Shown here: positions 13,083-26,519 of the stretch, one piece after another
How positions within the stretch are numbered: position 1 is the stretch's first letter
Layout: every line of letters starts with the position of its first letter
Assembly: GCA_964016885.1 (NCBI GenBank)
Contig: OZ024761.1
Span: 18,724,001 to 18,788,000, forward strand
DNA: 64,000 nucleotides
Direction: 5' to 3'
DNA from: Eledone cirrhosa
Taxonomy: Eukaryota
Notes under the pieces: model-generated
Seen by the model: only the letters and a program-made list of their open reading frames with translations
The model's database searches: none
What the model was told of the DNA's origin: nothing
Program-made: the position numbers and the translations under genes

Positions 13083-14589
13083 ATATCATCATCTTTTTAT
13101 GCCCGTTATTCCATGCTTGCATGGGTTGGACAGATCTTTCTCCATACATCATTTCTCATCCCGTAGCTTTAGCAATCTGTGATCACCTCTCACCACTTCC
13201 ATCCAGTTCTTCTACTGTGGCCTCCCTATATATATATATCATCATCATCATCATCTTCGTTTAACGTCCATCTTCCACGCTAGCATGGGTTAGACGGGAG
13301 TTGTCCCACTTGAGGCAAGGTTGGTCGGGTGACTGTGTCTCGCTTGTATAGGACTATCTGGCAGGTTTTCTACGGCTGGATGCCCTTCCTAACACCAACC
13401 ACATTTACCATCACTACCACTTTACAAAGTGTACTAGCTGGATGAATCTTATCATGACACCAGCACTGTCACTTTACAGAATATACTGGATAAATTATAT
13501 CATGGCATCAGCACTACCCACTTTACAAAGGGTACAGGGTGTACTTTATCATGGCACTAGTACTGCCACTTTACACAATATACTGGGTGAATCTTATCAT
13601 GGCACTGGCACCACTTTACAGAGTACAGGCTAAACAGGGGAAACTACTCTTCTTCACAGGTCTCCACCTCCTCCCCCCATCAACAGAAAACAATTCAAAT
13701 ATAAAATGGAAGAGCAAATCTTTTTTTCTTCCCGAGAATATATATATATATTTATTTCTGATAATGCAATTTAAGTATTTTTTTTTTGTATTTATAATTA
13801 TAAAGTGGGATCCAAAACAATATAATGGTTACTTTTTTTTTTTATGCTGTGATGACAGATGAGACTGGACACCATTTTGAAAGTTTTTTTGCAAAACTAA
13901 TATTTTTGTTGGAGCAGCAGACGACCTCAAACACTGCCATACAGTGCATAATGTTAATAACATTTCATTGACAGAAACAGATTTTATCCCTTTAGCATTT
14001 AGATTACTCTATATATATACTATTATATTTTCATGGTAAAGACTTTACCTCACAAAATTTATCTCACATAGCATCGAATCTATGAGATTTTGATGTTATT
14101 TATTTTGGGAAAGATAACTTAAACTCAGTATGAGTGGCCGGTTTAAATGCTAAAGGGATAAATATACTTTTATATGTATCTATAGGGATGTGCATCGTAT
14201 ATGTGAAAGAAAGGCAGAGCTTGGATGAACTGAGGGAGAAGCTGGGTTTAAGAGGAAGCAGGGGTGGTGTACAGGATGATGATCGATGGGTGAAGAAATG
14301 CCAGTGGATGGTAACAGCAGTAGAGGTAGACTGAGGAAGATATGAGCAGAAGTGCTGAGAACTGATCTCAAATTGTTGAGACTCACAGAGGAGATGACAA
14401 AGGAACACAGCGTGTAGAGAGATGCTGTGCTGAAAAGGTCCCATCCAACCCATGTAAGCATGGAAAAATGGACGTAAAAACAATGATGTTGATATATATA
14501 TATATCTGCACACACACACATATATACATATATGTGTGTATACATATAGATATATATACACATTTATACACATATAGTTATATGCATGT

Positions 14590-15270
<681 letters not shown>

Positions 15271-15699
15271 TAAGTTAAAAATGTACATCTACATATGCAT
15301 ACTGAAATACTAGTGTGTATATGAATACACACACGTATACATATGTAGGTGTACCAAGTCTTTCACTGGTCGCTTTACAGTGAGCGGCCCAGCTATTCTG
15401 TATGTAAACACACAGACAAACCGGTTTTTAGAGTCATACTGGTTTTTCGGGGGAACACCTTCCCCCTATTCTCCAGAAAGCCAGACAAGGAATATTGAAC
15501 TAGTTTCGTTGTTGTTACAACTCATCAGCAATATTTACCTATCTACCGGCCTTTCTGGAGAATTGTAAAAACACATATCGTTATATGCTTTTTCTATGAA
15601 AATTAGTAGTGGGCAGACCAATTTGCATAGAGTGTGAGTACGCACCGGTTCAGCGGAGACGATAAAAACAAATAACGAAACGAAATTAAATTTCGTTTC

Positions 15700-17058
15700 G
15701 TTTGTAACTCACTTTTGTATGACTGGGTCTCCCTCTTCTAGTGTGTTCATGTAGGGGCTCCCATAGGAGCACTGAGCGCAGTGTCAACTCTGAATGTCGG
15801 TGAGCATGCCCAGCCAACTTCAGTCTCCTCTGTGCTACTTTTGGGAGGCTCCCGTACAGCTCTTGAGTTCTTCATTCGCTGTGTATACTGATTAATGTTC
15901 ACAGCCATCCTCAATATTCTTGTGTAGCACCCATCCACCATCTAAGTGAGTTTCTTGGTCAGTGTCCAAGTCTCAGACCCGTATTGTAGCACAGACTCCA
16001 CTGAAGCATTGAAGAGATAGATCTTCAGATCTTTATGAAGGTTCAACTTTCACACCGATCTTAAACTGTGGCATGCTGCCCGCACTTTGCTCTTCTTCTG
16101 AACCATATCATCCTCTGAATTCCCAATCTTTGCTCCCAGATACAAGAAGTGCTCAACCAACTCTAGCAGCTTCCTGCCTACATTCACAATCTTTTGTGGC
16201 TTCTTAATGTTCTCTAGCAGATACTTCGTTTTAATCTCATTCATTCTCAGCCCCACACTCATTGACACAGTCTCCACCTCTCCCTTGCATCAACTCCTCT
16301 GCCTCCTTCACTGTGTTTGTCACCAGAATTATGTCATCAGCTAATTCATCATCGTCATCATCATCATTTAATGTCCGCTTTTCCTTGCTTGCAAGGGTGG
16401 GAAGGGTCCTATTCAGCACAGCATCTCTCCATTTGTCACAGTCCTTCGTCATCTCCTCTGTGAGCTTCAGCGATCTGCGGTCAGCTCTCACCACCTCCAC
16501 CCATGATTTTTGTGGTCTTCCTCTACTGCGTCTTCCTTCCACTGAGATTTCTTGGCATTTCTTTACCCAGAAGTCATCCTCCATGCGCATCACATGTCCA
16601 TACCAATGCAGTCTTCTCTACTGCACACTACAGTTTATCCCTCTTATACACAGTTTCATTCTCAACTCGTCTATGCTTGGTTGTTCACGCACATTGACAT
16701 TGCACATCCATCGGAGCATGCTTGCTTCACTTCAGCATCTGATATCTTTTTAGCCTTAACTCTCCTGCTCTGAGCCAGTGCTACAGTAAAGCCAGAGGCC
16801 TGGTGTTTCTCCAGTGCAAGGCACATACAATAGTCCATTGCGATGATTAAAAAGGTAGGGAACCAATTTATCTCCCTGGAGCACTCCAGCCAGTATCTCA
16901 AAGAACTCTGACATCCTGTCAGGTGTAATGACTCGGGCTCTGGTGTTGGTGTAGAGCAGTGATATCAGGTCCACTATCTTCTTGGGGGTACCATAACCCT
17001 GTAAGATCTTCATCAGGCAGTGACAGTCCACAGAATCAATGACCTTCCTAAAGTCCAT

Positions 17059-17060
<2 letters not shown>
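15700..17060 (-). mobile_element. RTE-type LINE 3' fragment with a second RTE 3' fragment nested at ~16346-16731
   Basis: RT motifs DFRKVIDSV, GVLQGDKLVPYLF and ADDI, disrupted. The nested piece (GRRSRGRPQKSW, (GAT)n tail) splits ...ISDAE | LADDI. Confidence 0.8.
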
Positions 17061-17099
<39 letters not shown>

Positions 17100-17161
17100 T
17101 ATATATATGTGTGTGTAAGTGTGCATACATACACACACACATATATATATATACACACACA

Positions 17162-17205
<44 letters not shown>

Positions 17206-17406
17206 TATGTATGTATGGGTTATATTGAATATTGATAATAATATTTGATTCGTTTGTGTATATATGTATGTGTATGTATAAATGAAAGCATTCTCAGTCA
17301 TCACCTAATGAAGCAGCTTTGGTGGCGTGGAAAAGGGAGGGAGGGGGTTTTACAAGCTTTGACAAGAAATTAGAAGAAAAAAAAAAATGGTATAATGTAT
17401 TTTGAG

Positions 17407-17588
17407 TTAATAGTAAGCCGGAGTTGATGCCATTCTCTTAACCTTTTCTTGTAGGATTCTCTCCATACCAAAGAAACTACTGTCGACCTCCACAACATTC
17501 TCAATATCCAGTTCTTGAAGTCGGTTTTGCCACGATGAGTCTTTAGGCATCTGCAGCAACGCATTCTTTATTATTTCCTTGGTCTCGG
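17407..17588 (-). CDS. PhnD-like gene terminal exon 5a (ETKEIIKNALLQMPKD...STPAYY*)
   Basis: ttgttacag acceptor, 182 nt, phase 1, TAA at 17409-17407. Confidence 0.8.
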
Positions 17589-17779
17589 CTGTAACAAAGT
17601 TTTGAGGTGGTGGTGGTGGTGGTGGTGGTGGTGGTGGTGGTGGTGGGAAGAAGAAGAGATTAGATAATTTTTTGTGTTTTTATTTTTTATTTATTTTTTT
17701 TTTGAAGTTATATTTTTTTTCATATGAAAGGTAAGCCATCCGTTAACATGGTATGGCAACAAATCTATTTACTACACAG

Positions 17780-17815
<36 letters not shown>

Positions 17816-20800
17816 TTGATTTCTAGTATAGCACAAGGCCAGTAATTTGGGAGGAGGGGAAAGGCGATTAAATCGACCCCAGTACGTTACTGGTGCTTTA
17901 TTTTATCGACCCTGTAAGGATGAAAGGCAAAGTTAACCTCGGCGGGATTTGAACTCAGACCATAAAGGACCGTAACTCTATGCTGCAAAGCATGGTGTCC
18001 GATTCTCGATACTGCCAATCCATCCCCCTTGTCATTACATAGATAATAATCACTATTATTGTTTAATAATTGTTTCTACTTTAGACACAAGGCCAGCAAT
18101 TACCCAGTACATTACTGGTACTTTATTTTATCGACCCCTCAAGGATAAAAAGCAAAGTTAACCTCGACGGGATTTGAACTCAGACCGTAAAGGGGCATAA
18201 CTTTATGCTGCAAAGCATGGCGTCCAACCTTCTACCGATACTGCCAATCCACCATAATAATAACAATTATTCCCTTACCATAACAATTATTCCCAGTCCA
18301 CGCTGTAAAAGGGTCGTGTAGGTGTCATGACAAAAAGTACCCAGTCCACGCTGTACAGTGGTCGTGTAGGTGTCATGACAAAAAGCACCCAGTCCACTGT
18401 AAAGTGGTCGTGTAGGTGTCATGACAAAAAACACCCAGTCCACTGTAAAGTGGTTGTGTAGGTGTCATGACAAAAAGCACCCAGTCCACACTGTAAAGTG
18501 GTCGTGTAGGTGTCATGACAAAAAGTACCCAGTCCACGCTGTAAAGGGGTCATGTAGGTGTCATGACAAAAAGCACCCAGTCCACGCTGTAAAGTGGTCG
18601 GGTAGGTGTCATGACAAAAAGCACCCAGTCCACTGTAAAGTGGTTGTGTAGGTGTCATGACAAAAAGTACCCAGTCGACGCTGTAAAGTGGTCGTGTAGG
18701 TGTCATGACAAAAATCACCCAGTCCACTGTAGAGTGGTTGTGTAGGTGTCATGACAAAAAGCACCCAGTCCACTGTAAAGTGGTCGTGTAGGTGTCATGA
18801 CAAAAAGTACCCAGTCCACGCTGTAAAGTGGTCATGTAGGTGTCATGACAAAAAGCACCCAGTCCACTGTAAAGTGGTTGTGTAGGTGTCATGACAAAAA
18901 GTACCCAGTCCACGCTGTAAAGTGGTCGTGTAGGTGTCATGACAAAAAGCACCCAGTCCACTGTAAAGTGGTCGTGTAGGTGTCATGACAAAAAGTATCC
19001 AGTCCACGCTGTAAAGTGGTCGATTAGGTGTCATGACAAAAAGCACCCAGTCCACGCTGTAAAGTGGTCGGGTAGGTGTCATGACAAAAAGTACCCACTC
19101 CACGCTGTAAAGTGGTCGTGTAGGTGTCATGACAAAAAACACCCAGTCCACGCTGTAAAGTGGTCGTGTAGGTGTCATGACAAAAAGCACCCAGTCCACT
19201 GTAAAGTGGTTGTGTAGGTGTCATGACAAAAAGCACCCAGTCCACTGTAAAGTGGTTGTGTAGGTGTCATGACAAAAAGTACCCAGTCCACTGTAAAGTG
19301 GTCGTGTAGGTGTCATGACAAAAAGTACCCAGTCCACGCTGTAAAGTGGTCGTGTAGGTATCATGACAAAAAGCACCCAGTCCACTGTAAAGTGGTCGTG
19401 TAGGTGTCATGACAAAAAGCACCCAGTCCACTGTAAAGTGGTCGTGTAGGTGTCATGACAAAAAGCACCCAGTCCACTGTAAAGTGGTCGTGTAGGTATC
19501 ATGACAAAAAGCACCCAGTCCACGCTGTAAAGTTATCTTGTTCACTTTTCCCATATATATATATATATATATAACGTTAAGACTCTTTTCCCACTATATC
19601 AAGCATTAAACTAATATATATCTTCATTGTACTGAATGTACTGTATTGTTTGCTTTGTTTTCCTTTTACTTTTCATATACATATATCATCATCATCATCG
19701 TTTTAACATTCACTTTCCCTGCTAGCAAAGGCTGGACGGGTCTACATATACCAAGTCTGTAATGAAGCGAGACTACTGACCTTACAGATAGGTTATGGGG
19801 TCTGTTATCTCGCTTACATACCATCTCACATTCAACCAAGTGCACAGGTGAGGTTATTATATCTTTGACACAACTGAAGGTTCCTCCCAACCCTTTGTTT
19901 GGCAAGGTTTCTATGGCTGGATGCCCTTCCAAACATCCACCACTTTAGAGCATGTATTGGGTGCATTTGTGTTAGTACCATGATGAAAAGACACCCAGTT
20001 CACCCTGTAAGGTTATGCTGGTTACATGATATAAAGCATTCAGTCTATACCAGGCATGCCAAACATGTGGCCCGCGGGCCCATGTGGCCCTTTACAAGCA
20101 TACCTTCGTAATATAAAATAAAGAAAATTAGTTGTAATGTGCACAATTAGTTGTCATGTGTGACCCTTAGACAACACATATGTGATCCATGTGGCCCTTG
20201 GGGGACCCTCAGTTTGACATGCCTGGTCTATACTATGACATGGTTAGCATTACGAAGGGCATCCAGCTGTAGAAACAAAGCCCCAAAACATGTCTGTATG
20301 AGCACTACATGGTCACATATTGTCTAATCTATGCAAGTGTGAAAAATATATACATTACATGGTAAGGTCTTTCTGAAGACAATCGGGTTTTCAGGCATGG
20401 GCCCGAGGGTGGTGATTACTTTGAGCTCCTGCCTGTAGTGAGGATGTTGGTTAAAGAAGTTCTTGAGGTACCGAGAATCAATTGCACCTACATCTGCCCT
20501 CTTTGTCAGAATCAGTTGGATGGAATTGAAATTTGAACCTGGAAATAAAAAATAAAAAAATTAATTTAAAAAAAACAACAGAAAAAGAAAGGAAAAGAGC
20601 CAATCGTCAGATCAGATTAAAGGAATCGATATTTCTATTGGTTTTCCTGTTACTGACACTATCTGCCTGTCATTTGTAACTCTTGCAGAAGATCAAAGCA
20701 ACTAAGTTTCCATGGCTTTTCCATTGCTGATACTACCTCTCAGTCACAACTCCTGGCAGAAGGAAAGGAGCTGATTGTCAAATTAGACCAAAGAAACAAT

Positions 20801-23800
20801 ATTTCTATTGGTATTTCCATTGCTGACAGAAGGAAAGGAGTTGATTGTCAGATCAGACCAAGGAAACAATGTTTCCATTGGTTTTTCCATTGCTGATACT
20901 ATCTGTTGGCTAAAACTCCTGGCAGTAGGAAAGGAGTTGATTGTTAGATCAGACCAAGGAAACAATATTTCTATTGGTCTTTCCATTGCTGATATTATTT
21001 GCCAGTCACGACACCAGGCAAAAGAAAAGAGCTGATTGTCAGATCTGACAAAAGAAACAATGTTTCCATTGGTCTTTCCATTGCTGATACTATCTGTTGG
21101 TTAAAAGTCCAGGGAAAAGAAAGGTGCTGATTGTTATATCAGACAAAGGAAACAATGTTTCCATTTGTCTTTCCATTCTGATACTATCTGATGGTCCCAA
21201 ATTCTATCAGAAGAAAGGAGCTGATTGTCAGATCAGACTAAGGCAACAATGTTTCCACTGGTCTTTACAATTGTGGGCCAAGCAGCTTAAGCACTAAGCC
21301 AGGCATCTTCACAGTTTTCATATAAACAAAAGATTACTGCATTACAAGGTTGGGCTGAAATGTTCATAGGCTGATTATGAAGAAGTGATGCTAGAGCTGT
21401 GAAATATTGCATGCATTATTAATTTCAACTCTTCTTCTTAATAATAACTGCACTGTTTCTTTCCAGGGACTATGCTGAAAAATAAACCTCATTTGGTCAT
21501 TCCATGAGAGTATCTTGGTCAGCCTATGAACTTTTTTGCCGACCCTCATACATTGTCAACAGAACTTACCCGATTGAATCATGTCAGCAAAGAAGCTAGC
21601 ATCTGTATTGCGGTTCTTCAGTTCATTGAGCATTACGAAGTAACTAGTAGTAGATGAGGGATTGGCGAAGACACACTTGTGACCCTTCAGTTGCTCAAGA
21701 TCATTATAGTCGTGGCTAGGTAAAGAAGTAAAATTAATCTTTAGTAAGTTGATTTATTTAATGAATTGCTTCCCTTGACACTATATTATCTATTAAGGGG
21801 AAATTACTCGATTGGCAACAAAATTGTTTCTACTTTTGGCACAAGGCGAGCAATTATTCAGTACATTACTGGTACTTTATTTAATCGACCTCGTAAGGAT
21901 GAAAGGCAAAGTTAACCTCGGCGGGATTTGAACTCAGAATGGCAAGGGCCGTAACTCTATGCGTCAAAGCATGGCGTCCGACTCTCTACCGATACTGCCA
22001 ATCCTTAATAAAAAATTAAGACATTAACTTGGGATTGGTTTTTTTTTTTAAACTCAGAGCAGCATCTCACTGGAATTTAGAATAGGTACGCCATACCCCT
22101 GTATGTTTTAATGCTGTGTGTCACCCCAGTATTTACATTAGGTACACTGTATCCTTTTAACCCAGTATTTAGAATAGGTACACAGTATCCCTGTAACCCA
22201 GTATTTCGAATAGGTACACAGTATCCCTGTAACCCAGTATTTCGAATAGGTACACAGTATCCCTGTAACCCAGTATTTCGAATAGGTACACAGTATCCCT
22301 GTAACCCAGTATTTCGAATAGGTACACAGTATCCCTGTAACCCAGTATTTCGAATAGGTACACAGTATCCCTGTAACCCAGTATTTAGAATAGGTACACA
22401 GTATCCCTGTAACCCAGTATTTTGAATAGGTACACAGTATCCCTGTAACCCAGTATTTCGAATAGGTACACTGTATCCCTGTAACCCAGTATTTCGAATA
22501 GGTACACTGTATCCTTTTAACCCAGTATTTCGAATAGGTACACAGTATCCCTGTAACCCAGTATTTTGAATAGGTACACAGTATCCCTGTAACCCAGTAT
22601 TTCGAATAGGTACACAGTATCCCTGTAACCCAGTATTTCGAATAGGTACACTGTATCCCTGTAACCCAGTATTTCGAATAGGTACACTGTATCCTTTTAA
22701 CCCAGTATTTCGAATAGGTACACAGTATCCCTGTAACCCAGTATTTCGAATAGGTACACTGTATCCTTTTAACCCAGTATTTCGAATAGGTACACAGTAC
22801 CCCTGTAACCCAGTATTTCGAATAGGTACACAGTACCCATGTGTGTTGCAATGCTGTGTGTCACTCCATATCCCTGTATGTCATAATGTCATGTATAACC
22901 CAGTATTTAGAATAAGTACACAGTAACCCTGTGTGTAACCCAATATTTACAATAGATATGCCATGTAAACCCAGTAATTATAATAGGTACACCGTGTATG
23001 TGTACAAGAAAAAGATTGAGAGAGGGAAAAGAGAGAGAGAGATAGAAGAGAAGTGAAGAAATGAATACATACCCAGCTCCACTGCGTATTATGACATCGG
23101 AGAAAAGCAATGGTCGGCCATTGGCACAAGGGTGAGTGTAGACGGTTGCGACAGGACATAGTTCTATTGAGCTCTTGGGTCCACTTATTTGGAGGAAGCC
23201 ATTAGTGTTAATGAAACCTGGCAACAACAGAATAATGACAGAAAATATGAAGGGGTATGGCCAAGTGGTTAGGGTGTTGGATTCACAATCTTGGAGTCAT
23301 GGATCCAGTTCCTTGACTGGGCTGCATGCCATGCTCACATTGCTTTTCATAGTAGGACTGATACCCCTATCATTAAAATACTTTAGATATAACCTTGTAA
23401 GAGGCCAGCTAAATCTGCATAGATGTGAGCTGTACCAACAACTTTGTTAGACTGAGGGGGGGGGGGTCACTAAAATACACCGGAAACTTTCTAAGACACA
23501 ACCTTGTAGATGTGAGCTGTAACAACATAAGACTGAAGTCCCCCTGTCATTAAAACACTTCAGCAGCGGCATGCAGAGCTCTGGTGATGCCCGTGGCAAA
23601 TCTTGATTGTATGCCCCAAAGACTCAAGTATAAGGCCAAATATACTGAGAAATATTACGAGAAAGGAAAATATTTTGAATATATAAACACAGATGAAACA
23701 TGAAATAAACGCTTTATTCGATTTTAATATAAATCAATCAAATTTATTAAGTTCTTTTCCCCAAAGGATGCCCGGGGCCAATGCATCGCCCCCCCCCCCC

Positions 23801-24763
23801 CTTCTGCATGCTACTGCACTGCAGAAATCTTCTATGAGATACAACCTTGTAGTTTAGGTGTGAGCTCTGACAATAACATGATACTATTGGCCCCTATCAT
23901 TAAAACACTTAAGAAACCTCCAATGAGATACACCCTCATAGGAGGCCATAGATACACCCTCATAGATGTGGGCTGTACCAACAGCTTTGTAGGACTGGGA
24001 GCCCCTGTCATTGAAAACACCCAGGAAACCTCATATGAGTAACAACCACATAGGTCAGCTAAACCTACATAGGTGTAAGCTGTAATGACCTGATAGGACT
24101 GGGGTACCTATCATTAAAACACCTGAGAAACCTCATATGAGATACAATGTAGGAGGTCAGCTAAACTTACAGTATTGGGGCCCACGATCATTAAAACACC
24201 TGATAAAGCTCATATGCAACCATGTAGGAGGCCAGCTAAACCTACATAGGTGTGAACTATACTAAGAGCTTTGTAAGACTAGGGTGCTCCTGTCACTAAA
24301 ACACACCAGAAACCTTCTGTGAGATACAACCTTGTAGGAGGCCAGCTAAACCTACATAGGTGTGAACTATACTAAGAGCTTTGTAAGACTAGGGTGCTCC
24401 TGTCATTAAAACACACCAGAAACCTTCTGTGAGATACAACCTTGTAGGAGGCTAGCTAAACCTACATAGGTGTGATCTGTAGCAACAACATGATAGGACT
24501 GAATGGGCTTCCATCAGAGGTGTGAGCAGTAACATCGTTTCCAGTCGATAAATGATAAAAGACCATGACTTACCCATGTCAGCATCTCCTAGAGCAAAAT
24601 GATCCCTTTCTTTCGGGGGGTATTTCCATCTTGATTCGTAGATCAAATTACAACGAATATCAAGTCGTTTTTCAATGTACTCAGCATACATCTGAAATAT
24701 TTCGACTGCTACATCGGGAACGAGGTAGGTGATGATGTTTAACTTTTTAATACCAATATCCAT
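17407..24763 (-). CDS. PhnD/phosphonate-binding (PF12974-like) solute-binding-protein-like gene, 5 coding exons, ~280 aa
   Basis: Exons 24763-24574, 23217-23073, 21715-21570, 20538-20359 and 17588-17407 all have GT..AG ends and compatible phases (1,2,1,1), joining into one open frame ending PAYY*. Recognised family motifs: TYLVP, DMGFI, GRPLLFSDVII, LKGHKCVFANPSSTTSY, FFADMIQSGSN, ADVGAIDS, LKVITTLGPMPENPIV. Confidence 0.85.
18293..19530. repeat. 46/48-bp minisatellite (~26 units) related to the SINE B internal module
   Basis: Unit cccagtccac(gc)tgtaaagtggtcgtgtaggtgtcatgacaaaaag(c/t)a. Confidence 0.95.
20051..20225. mobile_element. hAT (Charlie-like) MITE
   Basis: TIR caggcatgccaaac / gtttgacatgcctg; perfect 8-bp TSD gtctatac. 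Confidence 0.85.
20359..20538 (-). CDS. PhnD-like gene coding exon 4 (GSNFNSIQLILTKRADVGAIDS...PIVFRKTLP)
   Basis: tatttccag acceptor, GTAATG donor, 180 nt, phase 1/1. Confidence 0.85.
20600..21262. repeat. ~96-bp degenerate tandem repeat (related inverted copy at ~60965-61200)
   Basis: Recurring ggagctgattgtcagatcagaccaaggaaacaatgtttccattgg. Confidence 0.85.
21570..21715 (-). CDS. PhnD-like gene coding exon 3 (HDYNDLEQLKGHKCVFANPSSTTSY...FFADMIQS)
   Basis: tttacctag acceptor, GTAAGT donor, 146 nt, phase 2/1. Confidence 0.85.
22124..22838. repeat. 36-bp minisatellite, ~20 units
   Basis: Unit aacccagtatttcgaataggtacacagtatccctgt. Confidence 0.95.
23073..23217 (-). CDS. PhnD-like gene coding exon 2 (GFINTNGF...GRPLLFSDVIIRSGA)
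   Basis: ttgttgccag acceptor, GTATGT donor, 145 nt, phase 1/2. Confidence 0.85.
23350..24480. repeat. ~100-110-bp degenerate tandem repeat
   Basis: Recurring gagatacaaccttgtaggaggccagctaaacctacatagg and tcattaaaacac; interrupted by a hAT MITE. Confidence 0.8.
23564..23816. mobile_element. hAT-type MITE
   Basis: TIR cagcggcatgcag / ctgcatgctactg; 8-bp TSD cacttcag / cactgcag. Confidence 0.75.
24574..24763 (-). CDS. PhnD-like gene coding exon 1 (MDIGIKKLNIITYLVP...GDADM)
   Basis: Acceptor cacag just upstream (AG at 24771-24770), ATG at 24763, donor GTAAGT at 24573, phase 1. An upstream in-frame coding exon cannot be excluded. Confidence 0.8.
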
Positions 24764-24999
24764 CTTTTTCTGTGGAAAAAAAATCAAAATAAGGGGAAAG
24801 AATATTTCTGTGGAAAACATAAAAATAAGGGGGAAATATTTCTGTGGAAAACACAAAAATAGGGGGGAAATATTTCTGTGGAAAACACAAAAATTAGGGG
24901 GGAAAATATAAAACGTTAACAAACAAATGATAGGAAAGATTTCAAACATATACCAAAGGCTGTAGTTACCCTCAATTGAACCTGGGATAAACATATATA

Positions 25000-25051
<52 letters not shown>

Positions 25052-26519
25052 CACACGTGTTTGTGCATAGAACAATAAAAACAGAAGTCAGATGTAGGTA
25101 GATAGTTAATTCATTGTTTTACGATCGTTTCAGAGTGTAGATTGATCGATGGAGATTGATGTATTGACTAGCATGGTAGTGGTTAAATCACTGCCTATTT
25201 CTTATCTCGGAAACCCTGTTCAACCGGCTGTCCTCCTTAGAACCATGGCAGTGATCACCTACCACAAAAACTACTGGTCACAATGCCAAATCTCGCTGCA
25301 ACTATCCTTCCAAGGACACGTTGAATTCTAACAATGTTATCAGCCCCATCACAACCAGGTGGATTATGATATATATTGATATTTATATATATATATATAT
25401 ATAATGGAGGCACATGGCTTAGTGGTTAGAGCATTGGCCTTGCAATCAAAAGGTTGTGAGTTCAATTCTCAGACCGGGTGATGTGTTGTTTCCTTGAGCA
25501 AGACACTTTATTTCACATTGCTCCAGTTTACTCAGCTGTAGAAATGAGATGATAGGGACTGGGGTCCCTATCATTCCACTGCAAAGTGGTCGTGGAGGTG
25601 CCACGGCAAAAAAGCACCCAGCACTCAGTGTAAATGAGGTTGGTGTTAGGAAGGGCATCCAGCTGTAGAAATCAAGCCAGGATCAGTTCCCGTCCCACCC
25701 TTGCAAGCAGGGAAAAGCGGACGTAAAATGATGATTATGGTGATATATATATATATATACAATGTACATCCGGCTTTCGTGGTCCTGGTTATTCATAGAA
25801 TTTTCCTTAGAACCTAACTACTGTATTTCCCTGCGTCGAAGACACTACTTTTTTCCTAAAATAAATCTCAAAAATCTACCATGCGTCCTAGAGGCTGAAG
25901 GTTGTTTATTATTTTTTTTCAAATTTTTGCTTGTCAAAATTAGGGTGCATCCTCGAGGAAGAAGCATCTTCAGCGCCGGGAAATATGGTAATAATTGTTT
26001 GTGGTAACCTCCGCATATTCACAAAATCAGGAATATCTTCCGCTGTTTTTTCATGGCAATATATATGTTTTTTAATGTATTTGTTGGCCTATTGGACGCC
26101 ATTTTGCATAAGATGCTCCTTCTTTTTTTTTTATTATATTTTGACATTTATAGGCATTTTTATGGACTACGTCCAATATTTGTGGTTTTTCACTCTTCAC
26201 AGGTGGTGTAGGAATGTAACCCCTGCAAATACTGGGGGGTGGGGGGACAACTGTATATATACATATATGTATACATATATATATATGTGTGTGTGTCTGT
26301 GTATGCATATTTATGTTTGTATCTTTGTTTATGTCCCGTAACTTAGTTTGACAAAAGAGATTGACAGAATATATAGAGGGAAGAAAAGAATAAACAAAAG
26401 TGCAGGGATTGATATTATAGAATTTAAGGTGGTACTCCAGCATGGCCGAAGCCTGATGACTGAAAAGATTGAATATGTATAAAAAATATACAAGAGGTTT
26501 GATTGATCTGGTGGAGCAG

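Noticed and set aside
22111-22851. Repetitive ORFs in the 36-bp array, and likewise in the 18419-19245 array
   Set aside because: Stop-free frames arise from the repeat unit; both arrays are intronic.
17407-24763. Bacterial contamination as the source of the PhnD-like sequence
   Set aside because: Four canonical spliceosomal introns filled with host SINEs and MITEs.
24770-25075. N-terminal extension of the 207-aa ORF 24452..25075
   Set aside because: Runs through (TA)n and a 35-bp intronic repeat upstream of a good splice acceptor; only 24763-24574 is protein-like.
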